Positions 20,061-30,083 are shown, numbered from the stretch's first letter. The stretch: DNA of 64,000 nt from an uncultured cyanobacterium (GCA_963793425.1 CAWCAG010000007.1:96001-160000), one strand, 5' to 3'. Numbers and translations: made by a program. Notes: generated from the sequence alone by a model not told the origin.

Positions 20061-20375
20061 AGTTAACCTTGCCAATTTATGAAGTGTATTTGTGTGGTGT
20101 TGTTTATTTAGTCGCTTGCGCTTAAGAAAAGGTTCCAGCTTTATATGAAATTCCCTAACTATTTTTTTAAAGTATTGCTATTACTTGGTTAAGCTGATAA
20201 TCTATACACAGTAGAGATGTTAAGACTTTGGTTTCTGAAATTCGCTGCAAAATAAAAAGATAAATACTGTTAGCCTAACATTAAATTATATTTTTAAGTC
20301 AAACAAGTAGACTCTTTATAAACTGGCACTACAAACCATATATATTAAGCTGGCTTACTAAGAAGAAATATCATC

Positions 20376-20443
20376 ATGTAGAGACAACCCGTTTCCGTTA
20401 TTTTAGTTACCTACAAACCAAACTAATGGGGTTGCCTCTACAT
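20376..20443. repeat. REP-like inverted repeat (GTAGAGRC family)
   Basis: ATGTAGAGACAACCC...GGGTTGCCTCTACAT match at 14/15. Related half-sites GCTTGCCTCTACA occur at ~20461 and ~47238. Confidence 0.65.
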
Positions 20444-20796
20444 TGATCATTGAAAACAGCGCTTGCCTCTACAGATAATTTTGGCTTTCAAGGGTGCTTT
20501 TACGCAGATGAGATGCACCTAATTCCCTGTTTGCTGAGAAGCTCGCTGTGTATTGGTTACGATTTTGGTAACAATATGTTTTATCTAGTTTTGTTGATGT
20601 TAGCTTGAAAGGTGGCAGGGAAAAATCTCTTGCTTTTTTATAGCAATCATACAAAATCCTGGTGAGCGGCATGACTTATCTGTAAGGGTAGGGAGTAGGG
20701 AATAGGCAGCAGGCAGCAGGATTTGAGAGTTTTTCCAGTAGATTTTATCAAGGCACTTTGTGAGCCGGATTTAGTATCATTAATAATCGGTAGGTT

Positions 20797-22419
20797 ATGA
20801 AAATTAAAACTACAATTACTTTTTTAAGTTTAGTTATATTACTAACTGCTTGCGGTAATGATTCCACTCAGGATAGTTCCCGTAGTCAAGAAGCAAATGA
20901 TTACGCGGAAGAAGAAACGGCTATTTCTCCAGTGAGATCAGTTCCTCAAGTACAAGTTAATCCTGAATCTGCTCAACTCAGCCAAGAAATAGAAGCTAAT
21001 CGTGAACAATATGAGATTATTAATGATAATCCTTTTAAGCTAGTTCGTAACAACCCTCTTTCTACTTTTTCTATTGATGTTGACGGGGCTTCTTATAGTA
21101 ATGTTCGTCGTTTTATTAATGATGGGCAGCTTCCACCTCCGGATGCAGTGAGGATTGAAGAGTTGATTAATTATTTCACTTACAACTATCCTCAACCTCA
21201 AAGCAATCAACCTTTTTCTCTAACCACAGAAATTGCTAATTCTCCTTGGCATCCTAACCATAAATTAGTTCAAGTTGGTTTACAAGGAAAGGGCATTTCT
21301 ACAGAAGAATTACCTTCTAGTAATTTGGTATTTCTTTTTGATGTTTCTGGTTCTATGGATGAACCAAATAAATTACCTTTGCTTAAGTCAGCTTTTCGTT
21401 TATTGGTGAATGAATTAAATGAAACAGATCGGGTTTCTATTGTTGTTTATGCAGGGGCCGCTGGGGTCGTTTTACCTCCAACTCCTGGAGATGAAAAGGA
21501 TAAAATATTAGAGGCTTTGGAAGAATTACAAGCAGGAGGTTCCACTGCCGGAGGAGATGGTATTCAGCAAGCTTATAAGTTGGCTGAAGATAACTTGATT
21601 AAAGAAGGAAATAATCGAGTAATTTTGGCTACTGATGGTGATTTTAATGTGGGCATTGCTAGGGATGAAGATTTAGTACGACTGATTGAAGAAAAACGAG
21701 AATCAGGGGTGTTTTTAACGGTGTTGGGTTTTGGTACTGGCAATTTTCAAGATGCCAAAATGGAAAAACTTTCTAATTATGGCAATGGTAACTATGCTTA
21801 TATAGATGATGTAGCCGAAGCAAAAAAAGTTCTGGTTAAAGAAATGGGAGGAACTCTGGTAACTATTGCCAAAGATGTCAAGATTCAAGTTGATTTTAAT
21901 CCTGATTTAGTGCAAGGTTATCGTTTAATTGGTTATGAAAATCGTCTTTTACAAGATAGAGATTTTGATGACGATACTAAAGATGCTGGAGAGTTAGGGG
22001 CGGGGCATTCTGTGACTGCACTTTATGAAGTTATTCCTGCTGGAGTTAATAGTAATGTGGAGTTACCAGAGTTGGATACTAATCAGGAAAGGGAAAATAA
22101 AGTTGATACTAATTCCTATAATAACAATGAGTTGATGGCAGTTAAATTGCGTTACAAATTGCCGAAAGAAGATAGTTCTCAACTGATTACCGAAACTGTA
22201 GTTGATAAAAATACTAGTTTGAATGCTGCTTCGGAAGATTTGCGTTTTGCGGCTGCTGTGGCTAGCTTTGGCATGGTATTAAGAAGCTCTCTCTACAAAG
22301 GAGATATGAATTTAAACCAAGTTTTAAACTTAGCTAAAACATCTCAAGGTACAGATTTAGATGGCTATCGTGGAGAGTTTATTGATTTGCTGGGAAAGGT
22401 ACAGGGTTTGGACAAGTAA
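20797..22419 (+). CDS. YfbK-like vWA domain lipoprotein (vWF_A, VWA, DUF3520)
   Basis: Lipobox LLTAC, STFSIDVD, MIDAS DVSGSM, LATDGDFNVG and YRLIGYENR. Confidence 0.9.
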   Translation: MKIKTTITFLSLVILLTACGNDSTQDSSRSQEANDYAEEETAISPVRSVPQVQVNPESAQLSQEIEANREQYEIINDNPFKLVRNNPLSTFSIDVDGASYSNVRRFINDGQLPPPDAVRIEELINYFTYNYPQPQSNQPFSLTTEIANSPWHPNHKLVQVGLQGKGISTEELPSSNLVFLFDVSGSMDEPNKLPLLKSAFRLLVNELNETDRVSIVVYAGAAGVVLPPTPGDEKDKILEALEELQAGGSTAGGDGIQQAYKLAEDNLIKEGNNRVILATDGDFNVGIARDEDLVRLIEEKRESGVFLTVLGFGTGNFQDAKMEKLSNYGNGNYAYIDDVAEAKKVLVKEMGGTLVTIAKDVKIQVDFNPDLVQGYRLIGYENRLLQDRDFDDDTKDAGELGAGHSVTALYEVIPAGVNSNVELPELDTNQERENKVDTNSYNNNELMAVKLRYKLPKEDSSQLITETVVDKNTSLNAASEDLRFAAAVASFGMVLRSSLYKGDMNLNQVLNLAKTSQGTDLDGYRGEFIDLLGKVQGLDK

Positions 22420-22521
22420 GAGGTAATAGGTAATAGGTAGTGGGTGTGATAAATTAGTTTGGTTTCAGAAATTAAATATACAGGTTTTGTAGAAATATTT
22501 AAGTTTAATAAGGGTAAAATA

Positions 22522-24435
22522 ATGAATAAGTTTGTGTCGAGAATAGCTGCGATTTTAAGCTCATTTTGTTTAGGTTTAAGTTTGGCGATCGCAACAGAAA
22601 TCTCTATTAATCCTGCTGTTGCACAAGAAGCAGAATTAACAGCAGAAGATGAGCAGTTTCAATCTCTTGAAGCAATCAGTAAAGAATATGAATGTAGCGA
22701 AGCAATTATCAAGCAAGAAACTATAAACCGTGAAGATTTTGCTCTTGCTGTTGAGAATTGCTTAAACAAATTAGAAGAAATCAAAAATCAAGGTGATGCC
22801 AGTATTATTTCTCCTGAAGATGTAGCCGTGTTGCAACAGTTACAACAGGAATTTAAGCCTATCTTAGGAGTTGTTGAAGCAGAAGTAGTGGGACGTAGAG
22901 ATTTGCCTTCTCCCGTTATTCAGTTGAGAACACTGAGAAGAGTAAGTCGTAACAGTGGTGGTATTACGGCTCTTCCTCCTTCTCCTAATAACAATTTACC
23001 CGAAGATTTTAATCGTGAAGAATACAATCCTATTGACGAAAATCCTTTCTTCCGAGCTACAGATAAACCTTTATCTACTTTTTCTATTGATGTAGATACA
23101 GCCTCCTATAGCAACCTCAGACGCTTCATTAAAGAAGGAAGTTTACCACCGAAAGATGCTGTCAGAATTGAAGAACTGATTAATTATTTTACTTATAACT
23201 ATCCTCAACCAGAAGGTGAACAACCATTCTCCTTAACCACAGAAATAGCCCAAGCACCTTGGAATAAAGAACATAAATTAGTTCATATCGGCTTGCAAGG
23301 AAAACGCATCGCACAACAGAATCTTCCTCCTAGTAACTTAGTCTTTTTGTTAGATGTTTCTGGTTCTATGAATTCCCCTGACAAACTGCCTTTATTAAAA
23401 TCAGCTTTCCAGTTATTAGTTAATGAATTGGATGAGAGCGATCGCGTGACTATTGTTGTCTATGCGGGGGCCGCAGGAGTAGTTTTACCTCCTACTCCTG
23501 GCAACCAAAAAGATACAATTATTGCTGCTATAAATAGTTTGGAAGCCGGAGGTTCAACCGCAGGGGGAGAAGGAATTAATCTGGCTTATAAACTTGCTCA
23601 AGATAACTTTATTAAATCAGGAAATAACCGCGTTATTTTGGCCACAGATGGAGATTTTAATATTGGTGTTTCCAGTGAAGCAGGATTAGTTCGTTTAATT
23701 GAAGAAAAGCGCCGCGATGGTATTTTCCTGACTACATTAGGTTTTGGTACGGGAAACTTACAAGATGCCAAAATGGAACAATTAGCGAATAAAGGTAACG
23801 GCAATTATGCTTATATAGATAGCCTTTTAGAAGCCAGAAAAGTACTCGTAAGCGAAATGGGAGCAACTCTATTAACCATCGCCAAAGATGTTAAATTGCA
23901 AGTAGAATTCAACCCCGAAAAAGTCCAAGCTTATCGCTTAATTGGTTACGAAAATCGCCTCTTGCAAGACCAAGATTTTAATGATGATACTAAAGATGCC
24001 GGGGAGTTAGGGGCAGGACATTCAGTAACAGCACTTTATGAAATTATTCCAGTAGGAGTAGAAACGGATCTAGAATTACCAGAAATAGATCCCCTACGCT
24101 ACCAAACTCCTCCTGGAAATGCAGAAAACTCTATGGGGAACGAATTACTCAACGTAAAATTACGTTACAAAGAACCCCAAGGAGAAACATCCCAACTCAT
24201 TACCAATCCCCTTACCGACGCGGATGTCATACTAGAACAAGCTTCTAATGATTTTAAATTTTCTGCTGCTGTAGCAGCCTACGGCATGATGTTAAGGGAA
24301 TCCCAGTATAAAGGAGCAACTAGCTTCAACCAAATATTAGAATTAGCCAGGGCAGGAAAAGGAGAAGATCAAGAAGGATATCGCCAAAAATTCATTCTTA
24401 TGGTGGAAGATACCAGGAAATTGGCTTTAGAATAA
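22522..24435 (+). CDS. YfbK-like vWA domain secreted protein with a porin-type SLH-like N-terminus
   Basis: Signal peptide ending AVA-Q, with the same vWA motifs as the upstream paralog. Probable ATG start at 22522. Confidence 0.9.
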   Translation: MNKFVSRIAAILSSFCLGLSLAIATEISINPAVAQEAELTAEDEQFQSLEAISKEYECSEAIIKQETINREDFALAVENCLNKLEEIKNQGDASIISPEDVAVLQQLQQEFKPILGVVEAEVVGRRDLPSPVIQLRTLRRVSRNSGGITALPPSPNNNLPEDFNREEYNPIDENPFFRATDKPLSTFSIDVDTASYSNLRRFIKEGSLPPKDAVRIEELINYFTYNYPQPEGEQPFSLTTEIAQAPWNKEHKLVHIGLQGKRIAQQNLPPSNLVFLLDVSGSMNSPDKLPLLKSAFQLLVNELDESDRVTIVVYAGAAGVVLPPTPGNQKDTIIAAINSLEAGGSTAGGEGINLAYKLAQDNFIKSGNNRVILATDGDFNIGVSSEAGLVRLIEEKRRDGIFLTTLGFGTGNLQDAKMEQLANKGNGNYAYIDSLLEARKVLVSEMGATLLTIAKDVKLQVEFNPEKVQAYRLIGYENRLLQDQDFNDDTKDAGELGAGHSVTALYEIIPVGVETDLELPEIDPLRYQTPPGNAENSMGNELLNVKLRYKEPQGETSQLITNPLTDADVILEQASNDFKFSAAVAAYGMMLRESQYKGATSFNQILELARAGKGEDQEGYRQKFILMVEDTRKLALE

Positions 24436-24658
24436 CGATGCTTTTGCCCTGGGGGAAAGTTTTCCCAATTGCCCTAAACGAATATTGGTGCTACCATTCA
24501 TCAAGACAAATGGGTCTGAAAATTCGTTTGTCTAAAACGGCTTTTCTTGTACAATCAAAGTCGAGTAAATTTTAGTTATAATTTTTTTGAAACCCAAGGT
24601 GAATCCAGAACTAACCAAAAGGTCTGCATTCGGCCGTAGTGTGAGGGAAAGAAAATAA

Positions 24659-25288
24659 ATGAGTGATACTACGGCATTCTTAACCGGGTGCGCTATGGCA
24701 GGAGTTGCCACTCTCCTTTTGTTTAGAGGAGGGGAAGGAGTTGGGCAACTTAGTTTCCCAGTTCAAACTCAACCTGGCACACCAACAGTCACCACTGATC
24801 CTTTAGCATTAAGCCCAACGCCTTCTGATCCGGCAACAGTGGCTCTCAATGTCGATCCGCAGCTAAGAACCTATCTAGAGAAACAAAGAGTTGCTACAGA
24901 GCAACTGATGACAGAATTAGAACAGCAAAAAACGGCAACAGAGCAACTTAAATTACAGCTTGACCAACAAAACGCGGAGACAAAACAAGTCCTCGAACAA
25001 GTACAAAGCCAACAAGTCACCCCAGAAGCCCTAGAACAAGCAAAAACCTTTCAAACGGGTATGATTTGGGCTGTAGGGGGTATAGTAGTTGTTTTAGTGG
25101 TAGTTGGTAGCGTTTTGTTAATCGGTTTAATTGCGATCGCTGCCCAACCAAAACGGAATCCTCGCACCACCCATGTTTTCCATCCGATGAATTTACCCAC
25201 TTCCCAAGCTTTACCAGGAAGGCATCCAGAGTTAGCTTCTCCTCGTAGAACAAGGTATATTCAAAACATTGAGCGAGATGACTATTAA
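24659..25288 (+). CDS. PatN-like membrane protein (N-terminal hydrophobic segment, Q-rich coiled coil, TM helix)
   Basis: The N-terminus MSDTTAFLTGCAMAGVATLLLFRG and the overall layout resemble Nostoc PatN as I recall it. Confidence 0.6.
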   Translation: MSDTTAFLTGCAMAGVATLLLFRGGEGVGQLSFPVQTQPGTPTVTTDPLALSPTPSDPATVALNVDPQLRTYLEKQRVATEQLMTELEQQKTATEQLKLQLDQQNAETKQVLEQVQSQQVTPEALEQAKTFQTGMIWAVGGIVVVLVVVGSVLLIGLIAIAAQPKRNPRTTHVFHPMNLPTSQALPGRHPELASPRRTRYIQNIERDDY

Positions 25289-25290
25289 AT

Positions 25291-25330
25291 TAAGTAATAG
25301 GTAATAAGTAATAGGTAATAAGTAATAAGT
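25291..25330 (+). repeat. STRR heptamer repeat (TARGTAA)n
   Basis: About 6 tandem units. Confidence 0.8.
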
Positions 25331-25440
25331 TTACTTTTTTACTTGCTGGATTTAATTTCGTTTTTTACCTACTATTTTGTTAGTTACTTATTACCTAACT
25401 TCTATCTTTTAATTTACCTAAAATGAGACAAGTTCAGTTT

Positions 25441-26124
25441 TTAGTATAGGTCGCCTACCTTTGTTTTAATTAGTGCATCATTAGCAGCTTGCTTTTCTGC
25501 TTCTTTCTTACTACGACCTTTCCCTTCACCACAGAGTTTGTTATTGGCATAAACCTTAGAAAGAAACTCCGGAGCATGATCTAATCCGCCAACTTTTTTA
25601 GTTACATACTTAGGTGGGACAACTGCACCATTAGCTTGAACAAATTCTTGAAACTGATTCTTTGAATCCACCCCTGAACGAACTATAACAATGTCTTGAG
25701 GTACAGAATTAAATAGTTCTTCTATCAAGGGACGAAGGGCTTCTATATCCCGATTATTATCTAAATAATAAGCTCCTACAACTGCCTCAAAAGTACTACT
25801 AAGCAAATTTGGATTGTGATAGCCACCTTCTTCAATTGCACCTCTTCCTAGACGCATTCTGAAGTCTAAGCCAATTTCAGTTGCAAATCTGGCAAGCTGT
25901 TTTTCATCCACAAGGGCTGATCGTCGCCGTGTCATCTCTCCCTCTGTCATTTCAGGATTGAGTTGATATAAATACTCACCACTAATGAAATTAAGAATTG
26001 CGTCACCCAGAAACTCTAATCGTTCGTTATGTCCTATCTTTTCATAAGTTTCGTTGATATAAGAACGATGAGTTAACGCCTGACGAAGTAATTTGTCGTT
26101 TTTGAACATCAAAATTTTATGCAT
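25441..26124 (-). CDS. rnc: Ribonuclease III
   Basis: ALTHRSY, NERLEFLGDAIL, FEAVVGAYYLD and dsRBD (GEGKGRSKKEAEKQAA). Confidence 0.93.
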   Translation of the reverse strand: MHKILMFKNDKLLRQALTHRSYINETYEKIGHNERLEFLGDAILNFISGEYLYQLNPEMTEGEMTRRRSALVDEKQLARFATEIGLDFRMRLGRGAIEEGGYHNPNLLSSTFEAVVGAYYLDNNRDIEALRPLIEELFNSVPQDIVIVRSGVDSKNQFQEFVQANGAVVPPKYVTKKVGGLDHAPEFLSKVYANNKLCGEGKGRSKKEAEKQAANDALIKTKVGDLY

Positions 26125-26299
26125 ATTTCCTCCTCACTGCCTTGATTAGAAATATAATCAAGAATATTTGGATTTGAACTAAGCAAATTGTGGATTTTTC
26201 TTAATAGTTACAATTGCTTCTGTATGTATTTTTCAAAAGTGGAAATAGCCTCTTTCCACAATCTTTATTACACTCGCGAAAAATATCTACGATTAGATT

Positions 26300-26626
26300 T
26301 TAGACACGAGAAATAGTCTTAACTTCAATCTCAACATCAAGTTTTTTACGAAGGAGACCAAGAGTAGCCGTCAGAATATTCATTGTAGGATTACCTTTTG
26401 CAGATAACATCTGGTAAAGACTTTCACTTGTTTCAGATGTTTCAATTGCGAGTTTTTCAAAACCTACAGTTGCCTTTACAAGCTCTCTCAAAATCAGTCT
26501 TGCAGTTTCTGGTTCACCATTAAGAAAAAGGAAAACAGCTTCATCAAGTAAAGCTACTGCAAATGTAGAGTCTCGTTGGACTCGCACATTAACTGTTTCT
26601 TTGAAATCTCTTGTTAAGTTCATCAT
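26300..26626 (-). CDS. HTH antitoxin (addiction-module antidote, HigA-like)
   Basis: GFEKLAIETSETSESLYQMLSAKGNPTM HTH, lying directly downstream of a RelE-fold toxin. Confidence 0.8.
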   Translation of the reverse strand: MMNLTRDFKETVNVRVQRDSTFAVALLDEAVFLFLNGEPETARLILRELVKATVGFEKLAIETSETSESLYQMLSAKGNPTMNILTATLGLLRKKLDVEIEVKTISRV

Positions 26627-26635
26627 TTTTAGCTC

Positions 26636-27034
26636 TTACTCTTTCTTCTTTTTTTCTATTTTTCGTGTTGCAGCTTTCTTGCGTTTTTTATACTCTTGGT
26701 GCATTTCTTTTGCTCGATTAATATCAGATTGCTGGCTTTTTTTCGTTCCGCCTCCAAACAAAACGATGAGTTTTTTACCATCCTGAGCAAGGTAAATTCT
26801 ATACCCTGGCCCCCAATCAATTTTATATTCGCCTATTCCCTCAAACCATTTTACGTTTGATGTGTTACCTGATTCTAAACGAAAATTAGCAGCCGCCACC
26901 TTAGCTGCGGCTTGAGAATTTAGTTGCTCAAACCACTTTTGATAAGGACTTGAACCATCTTCTCTAATATATTCTCGGACTTGTATCTTATCAGAAAGTT
27001 GAGGTTCTTCTGTTTTTTGGGGTTCATCATTCAT
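26636..27034 (-). CDS. Type II TA toxin, RelE/ParE family (addiction-module killer, HigB-like)
   Basis: SPYQKWFEQL, RLESGN, GIGEYKIDWGPGYRIY and LFGGGTKKSQQSDINRAK. Confidence 0.88.
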   Translation of the reverse strand: MNDEPQKTEEPQLSDKIQVREYIREDGSSPYQKWFEQLNSQAAAKVAAANFRLESGNTSNVKWFEGIGEYKIDWGPGYRIYLAQDGKKLIVLFGGGTKKSQQSDINRAKEMHQEYKKRKKAATRKIEKKKKE

Positions 27035-27428
27035 AGCTGATTTTTTCTCAAAGAAGTTAATCAGCATCGGAATATCAAATATATGAAGAAGTCTTCGCTA
27101 AAACAAGCGAGAAAATAACTTCCTATTTTCTTGTTAAAGTCTAAAGCCTACAATCTCTAAGCCTCAAACAAGGCATCTCTATGATGCTGAGCTAGCAGGT
27201 ATTTACTTTCAATAACTACCTCAAGCTTAAACATATGCTAAACCAGAATACTGGATATACATTAGTCTGAGGCCAAGAGATTGTAGACTTGAGACGAGAA
27301 CCGAAATTCTAATATTCTTCATGCTTTTACTCCATTATCTACAAAAACATTTTCTTGTCAATACTTTTTTATAGTGGAATTTTAGCAATTCGGTTATCTT
27401 GTACTCTTCATTTTTTAACTCTCTATAA

Positions 27429-27633
27429 GGCTGGTTGACCGACAAAACTTGTACGAGCTTTATCATACAAAGCTCTTAGCAATTCTGCATTTAGTTTGCT
27501 AGAACTAAGTCTTGGCAAAAACCAGAGGACTTTAGCTATTAAGTTAATTACACTTTGCGATCGCCTAAAAGATTCTAAATCATAGAACGTTTGTAGAACA
27601 AAGTTTTCAGAAGCTTTTGTCAGTCAATTAGCT
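27429..27633. mobile_element. Degenerate MITE-like element (~205 bp)
   Basis: GGCTGGTTGACCGACAAAA (27429-27447) matches the reverse complement of 27615-27633 at 15/19. The interior is non-coding. Confidence 0.5.
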
Positions 27634-27734
27634 TTCGCCATTGTCCTTAATTTTAGAGGCGATAACACGAAGAGATATCCACCGACGATAACTTTTTTCG
27701 TTTATTGCGTTTGTATTGTCTCTACTTCTTTTTC

Positions 27735-30083
27735 TCACTTTTGCTGATCAATTTCAATCTTTAATTCTGCTAACTGCTGCTTCAAAACCGCCTCTTCTTG
27801 CTTACGCTTACTAATATTTTGAATAATGCCTTCATAGTAAAGTAACTTACCGCTAGTATCCCTAACACTGCGAGTATTTTCTTCTACCCAAATAACACTG
27901 CCATCTTGTCGATAAACTTGATATTCAAAACCTTGAACTTCGTCATTTTCTGCCATTAATGCTTGAAACTTTTCTCGACAGTTAGAATCTACATAAATTT
28001 CTTGACCAATTGCTGTTATGCTAACAATCATTTCTTGGGGAGAATTGTAACCATAAATGTTTGCCATAGCAGGATTAACACTCAGATAACGTCCATCGGG
28101 AGTTGATTGAAAAATCCCTTCTAAAGCATTCTCAAAAATGCTCCGATAATTCTCTTCGGCAATACGTAAAGCTTCTTGTGTTTGCTTGCGATCGCTAATA
28201 TCAAAAATTGCTCCGTCTAAGTAAAGAAGATTACCTTCCTCATCAAAACTCCCTCTACCCTTTTCATAAACCCAGCGAATACTGCCATCTTGATGACGAA
28301 TGCGATACTCCAAAATAAAAGGTTGCTGTTTTTGTAAAGCGGTACGAATAGTCAGTGCTACAGATTCGCGATCCTCTGGTTCGATGATGCTGGAGTAGGT
28401 ACAATTTTGGTTATTAATAAAATCTGTTGCGGGATAACCAGAAATTTCTCCTATAGCATCGCTGATAAATTCCATCGTCCATGAAGCATCGCAACGACAG
28501 CGATAAATAGCCCCAGGAAGATTAAAAATTAAGCTACGGAATCTTTCTTCATTTTCTCTCAGGGCTTCTTCTGCTAACTTACGTTCAGTAATATTCAAGC
28601 CAAAAGAAACAATAGAACGTCCTTGTTGATATTTCTGAGCAATAATTAAATAATAACTGCGAGTACCATTAACATTTACTTCAATAGTATGGGAACCAGC
28701 TTTCTGGGAACCAGCAATAAACTGACCTATAAATTCCGTAAAATCTGGACTAATATTGAGAAATCCTATTCCTTTGTTTGTGAAGTCTTCAGGGGTCAAG
28801 TTTAAGCTTTCGGCCATATACTTATTAACCCCCAAATAATAACCTTCAGAGCTAATCCAAGCGATGGAACCAGGTACAGCATCTAAAACAGCCTCCAGTT
28901 GTTCTTTCGCTTCCTGTAGCGACTCCTCAGCCCGTTTGCGATCAGTGATATCGTGTAAAGCAGTGAGGATAGTTGTTTCGCCTCGATAACGCAAAGGTCG
29001 TAGGGAAACAGAAGCCCAGAAAATTAGACCATTAGCCCTGCGTAAACGGAGTTCATGACTCTGTACTAACCCAGTTTGCTCATACATCTCGACTAGCTTT
29101 TCGCGATCAGCCAAGTTCCAATAAAAATCAGAGGTAGAATAGTTTAGTAAATCTTCAATCTTTAAGCAAAGAACGTTGCTAGCGGCCCCGTTACCATAGA
29201 GAATTTTTCCCTCTCCTGGTTGCGAAATAATTACAGGTACTGGAGTTGCTTCGGCGATCGCTTTGAACTGTTCTTCACTTTCTCGCCGAACTTCTTCTGC
29301 TTCATCTTGCAATTCAGCTTCCATGAAACTAGAATGATCCGTCGTTGTCTCTAACAAAAGTTCTAAGTCAGCTTTTTCTTGCTTAATCTCTTCTAATTCT
29401 TGATTAAGACCGTCAATTTCTTTTAAAAGTTGTGAAAGCTCTTCTTTTTGAGTTGTGTTTTTATTACTACCAGCTAGCAACGCTGCTGCCGCTTGTACCC
29501 GTTCCATTTGCTGCACATACCTAACCCTCTGTTGCTGTTGATCCACAGGTTGTAGGTTAGCTTGGTTAAGGGCAGCGTTCCCCGTTTCCAGCATGGTTAG
29601 GGCTAAACTATAAATTTGTCCTTGGGCAACCAATAATTTATGGCAATCTAGCAATTTGTAGTTATTTTGCTCAACTTCTACAACTATCGGTTCGTAAAGC
29701 AAATGGGATGGTCTTTGCAAACATTGTTGGGCTGCGTCACAAATTAGAGTTTGAACGGGTAAAATGAGGTCTTGCTGATTAGTTGAAGAGTATAAAGATT
29801 GTATTGAGCGTCGTAAAAAGATTTCCCGACCATATTGGCGACTGAGAATTTCAAAAAACTTGCGTCGCGAAATCATACCCACAAAACTCTCATCATCGGT
29901 AACAATTACCCCAGAAAGTAAAGGGTTAGTTTCTAAAGCGAGTAGAAGTTCTTTACCCAAGCAAGAAATATCAATCTGAAAATCTTCTAGGGCAAGCTGT
30001 TGTAGGTTTGAGTCTAGAGTTAAACCGGACAATGACTGATTAGAGACTTCAGAGGGAATAGTAAACTCATTTGTCTCAAACAT
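27735..30083 (-). CDS. CBS-like, coiled-coil and 4x PAS sensor protein with no output domain
   Basis: Four PAS/PAC units ending DITDRK, NITERK, DISDRK and NISKRK. N-terminal FVGMISRRKFFE CBS-like domain. Ends LKIEIDQQK. Confidence 0.85.
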   Translation of the reverse strand: MFETNEFTIPSEVSNQSLSGLTLDSNLQQLALEDFQIDISCLGKELLLALETNPLLSGVIVTDDESFVGMISRRKFFEILSRQYGREIFLRRSIQSLYSSTNQQDLILPVQTLICDAAQQCLQRPSHLLYEPIVVEVEQNNYKLLDCHKLLVAQGQIYSLALTMLETGNAALNQANLQPVDQQQQRVRYVQQMERVQAAAALLAGSNKNTTQKEELSQLLKEIDGLNQELEEIKQEKADLELLLETTTDHSSFMEAELQDEAEEVRRESEEQFKAIAEATPVPVIISQPGEGKILYGNGAASNVLCLKIEDLLNYSTSDFYWNLADREKLVEMYEQTGLVQSHELRLRRANGLIFWASVSLRPLRYRGETTILTALHDITDRKRAEESLQEAKEQLEAVLDAVPGSIAWISSEGYYLGVNKYMAESLNLTPEDFTNKGIGFLNISPDFTEFIGQFIAGSQKAGSHTIEVNVNGTRSYYLIIAQKYQQGRSIVSFGLNITERKLAEEALRENEERFRSLIFNLPGAIYRCRCDASWTMEFISDAIGEISGYPATDFINNQNCTYSSIIEPEDRESVALTIRTALQKQQPFILEYRIRHQDGSIRWVYEKGRGSFDEEGNLLYLDGAIFDISDRKQTQEALRIAEENYRSIFENALEGIFQSTPDGRYLSVNPAMANIYGYNSPQEMIVSITAIGQEIYVDSNCREKFQALMAENDEVQGFEYQVYRQDGSVIWVEENTRSVRDTSGKLLYYEGIIQNISKRKQEEAVLKQQLAELKIEIDQQK

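Noticed and set aside
20469..20672. 67-aa intergenic ORF
   Set aside because: It has no motif or RBS and ends inside a REP-like half-site.
20797..24435. Similar vWA segments as DGR template/variable repeats
   Set aside because: There is no reverse transcriptase, and the differences look like ordinary paralog divergence rather than adenine-specific changes.
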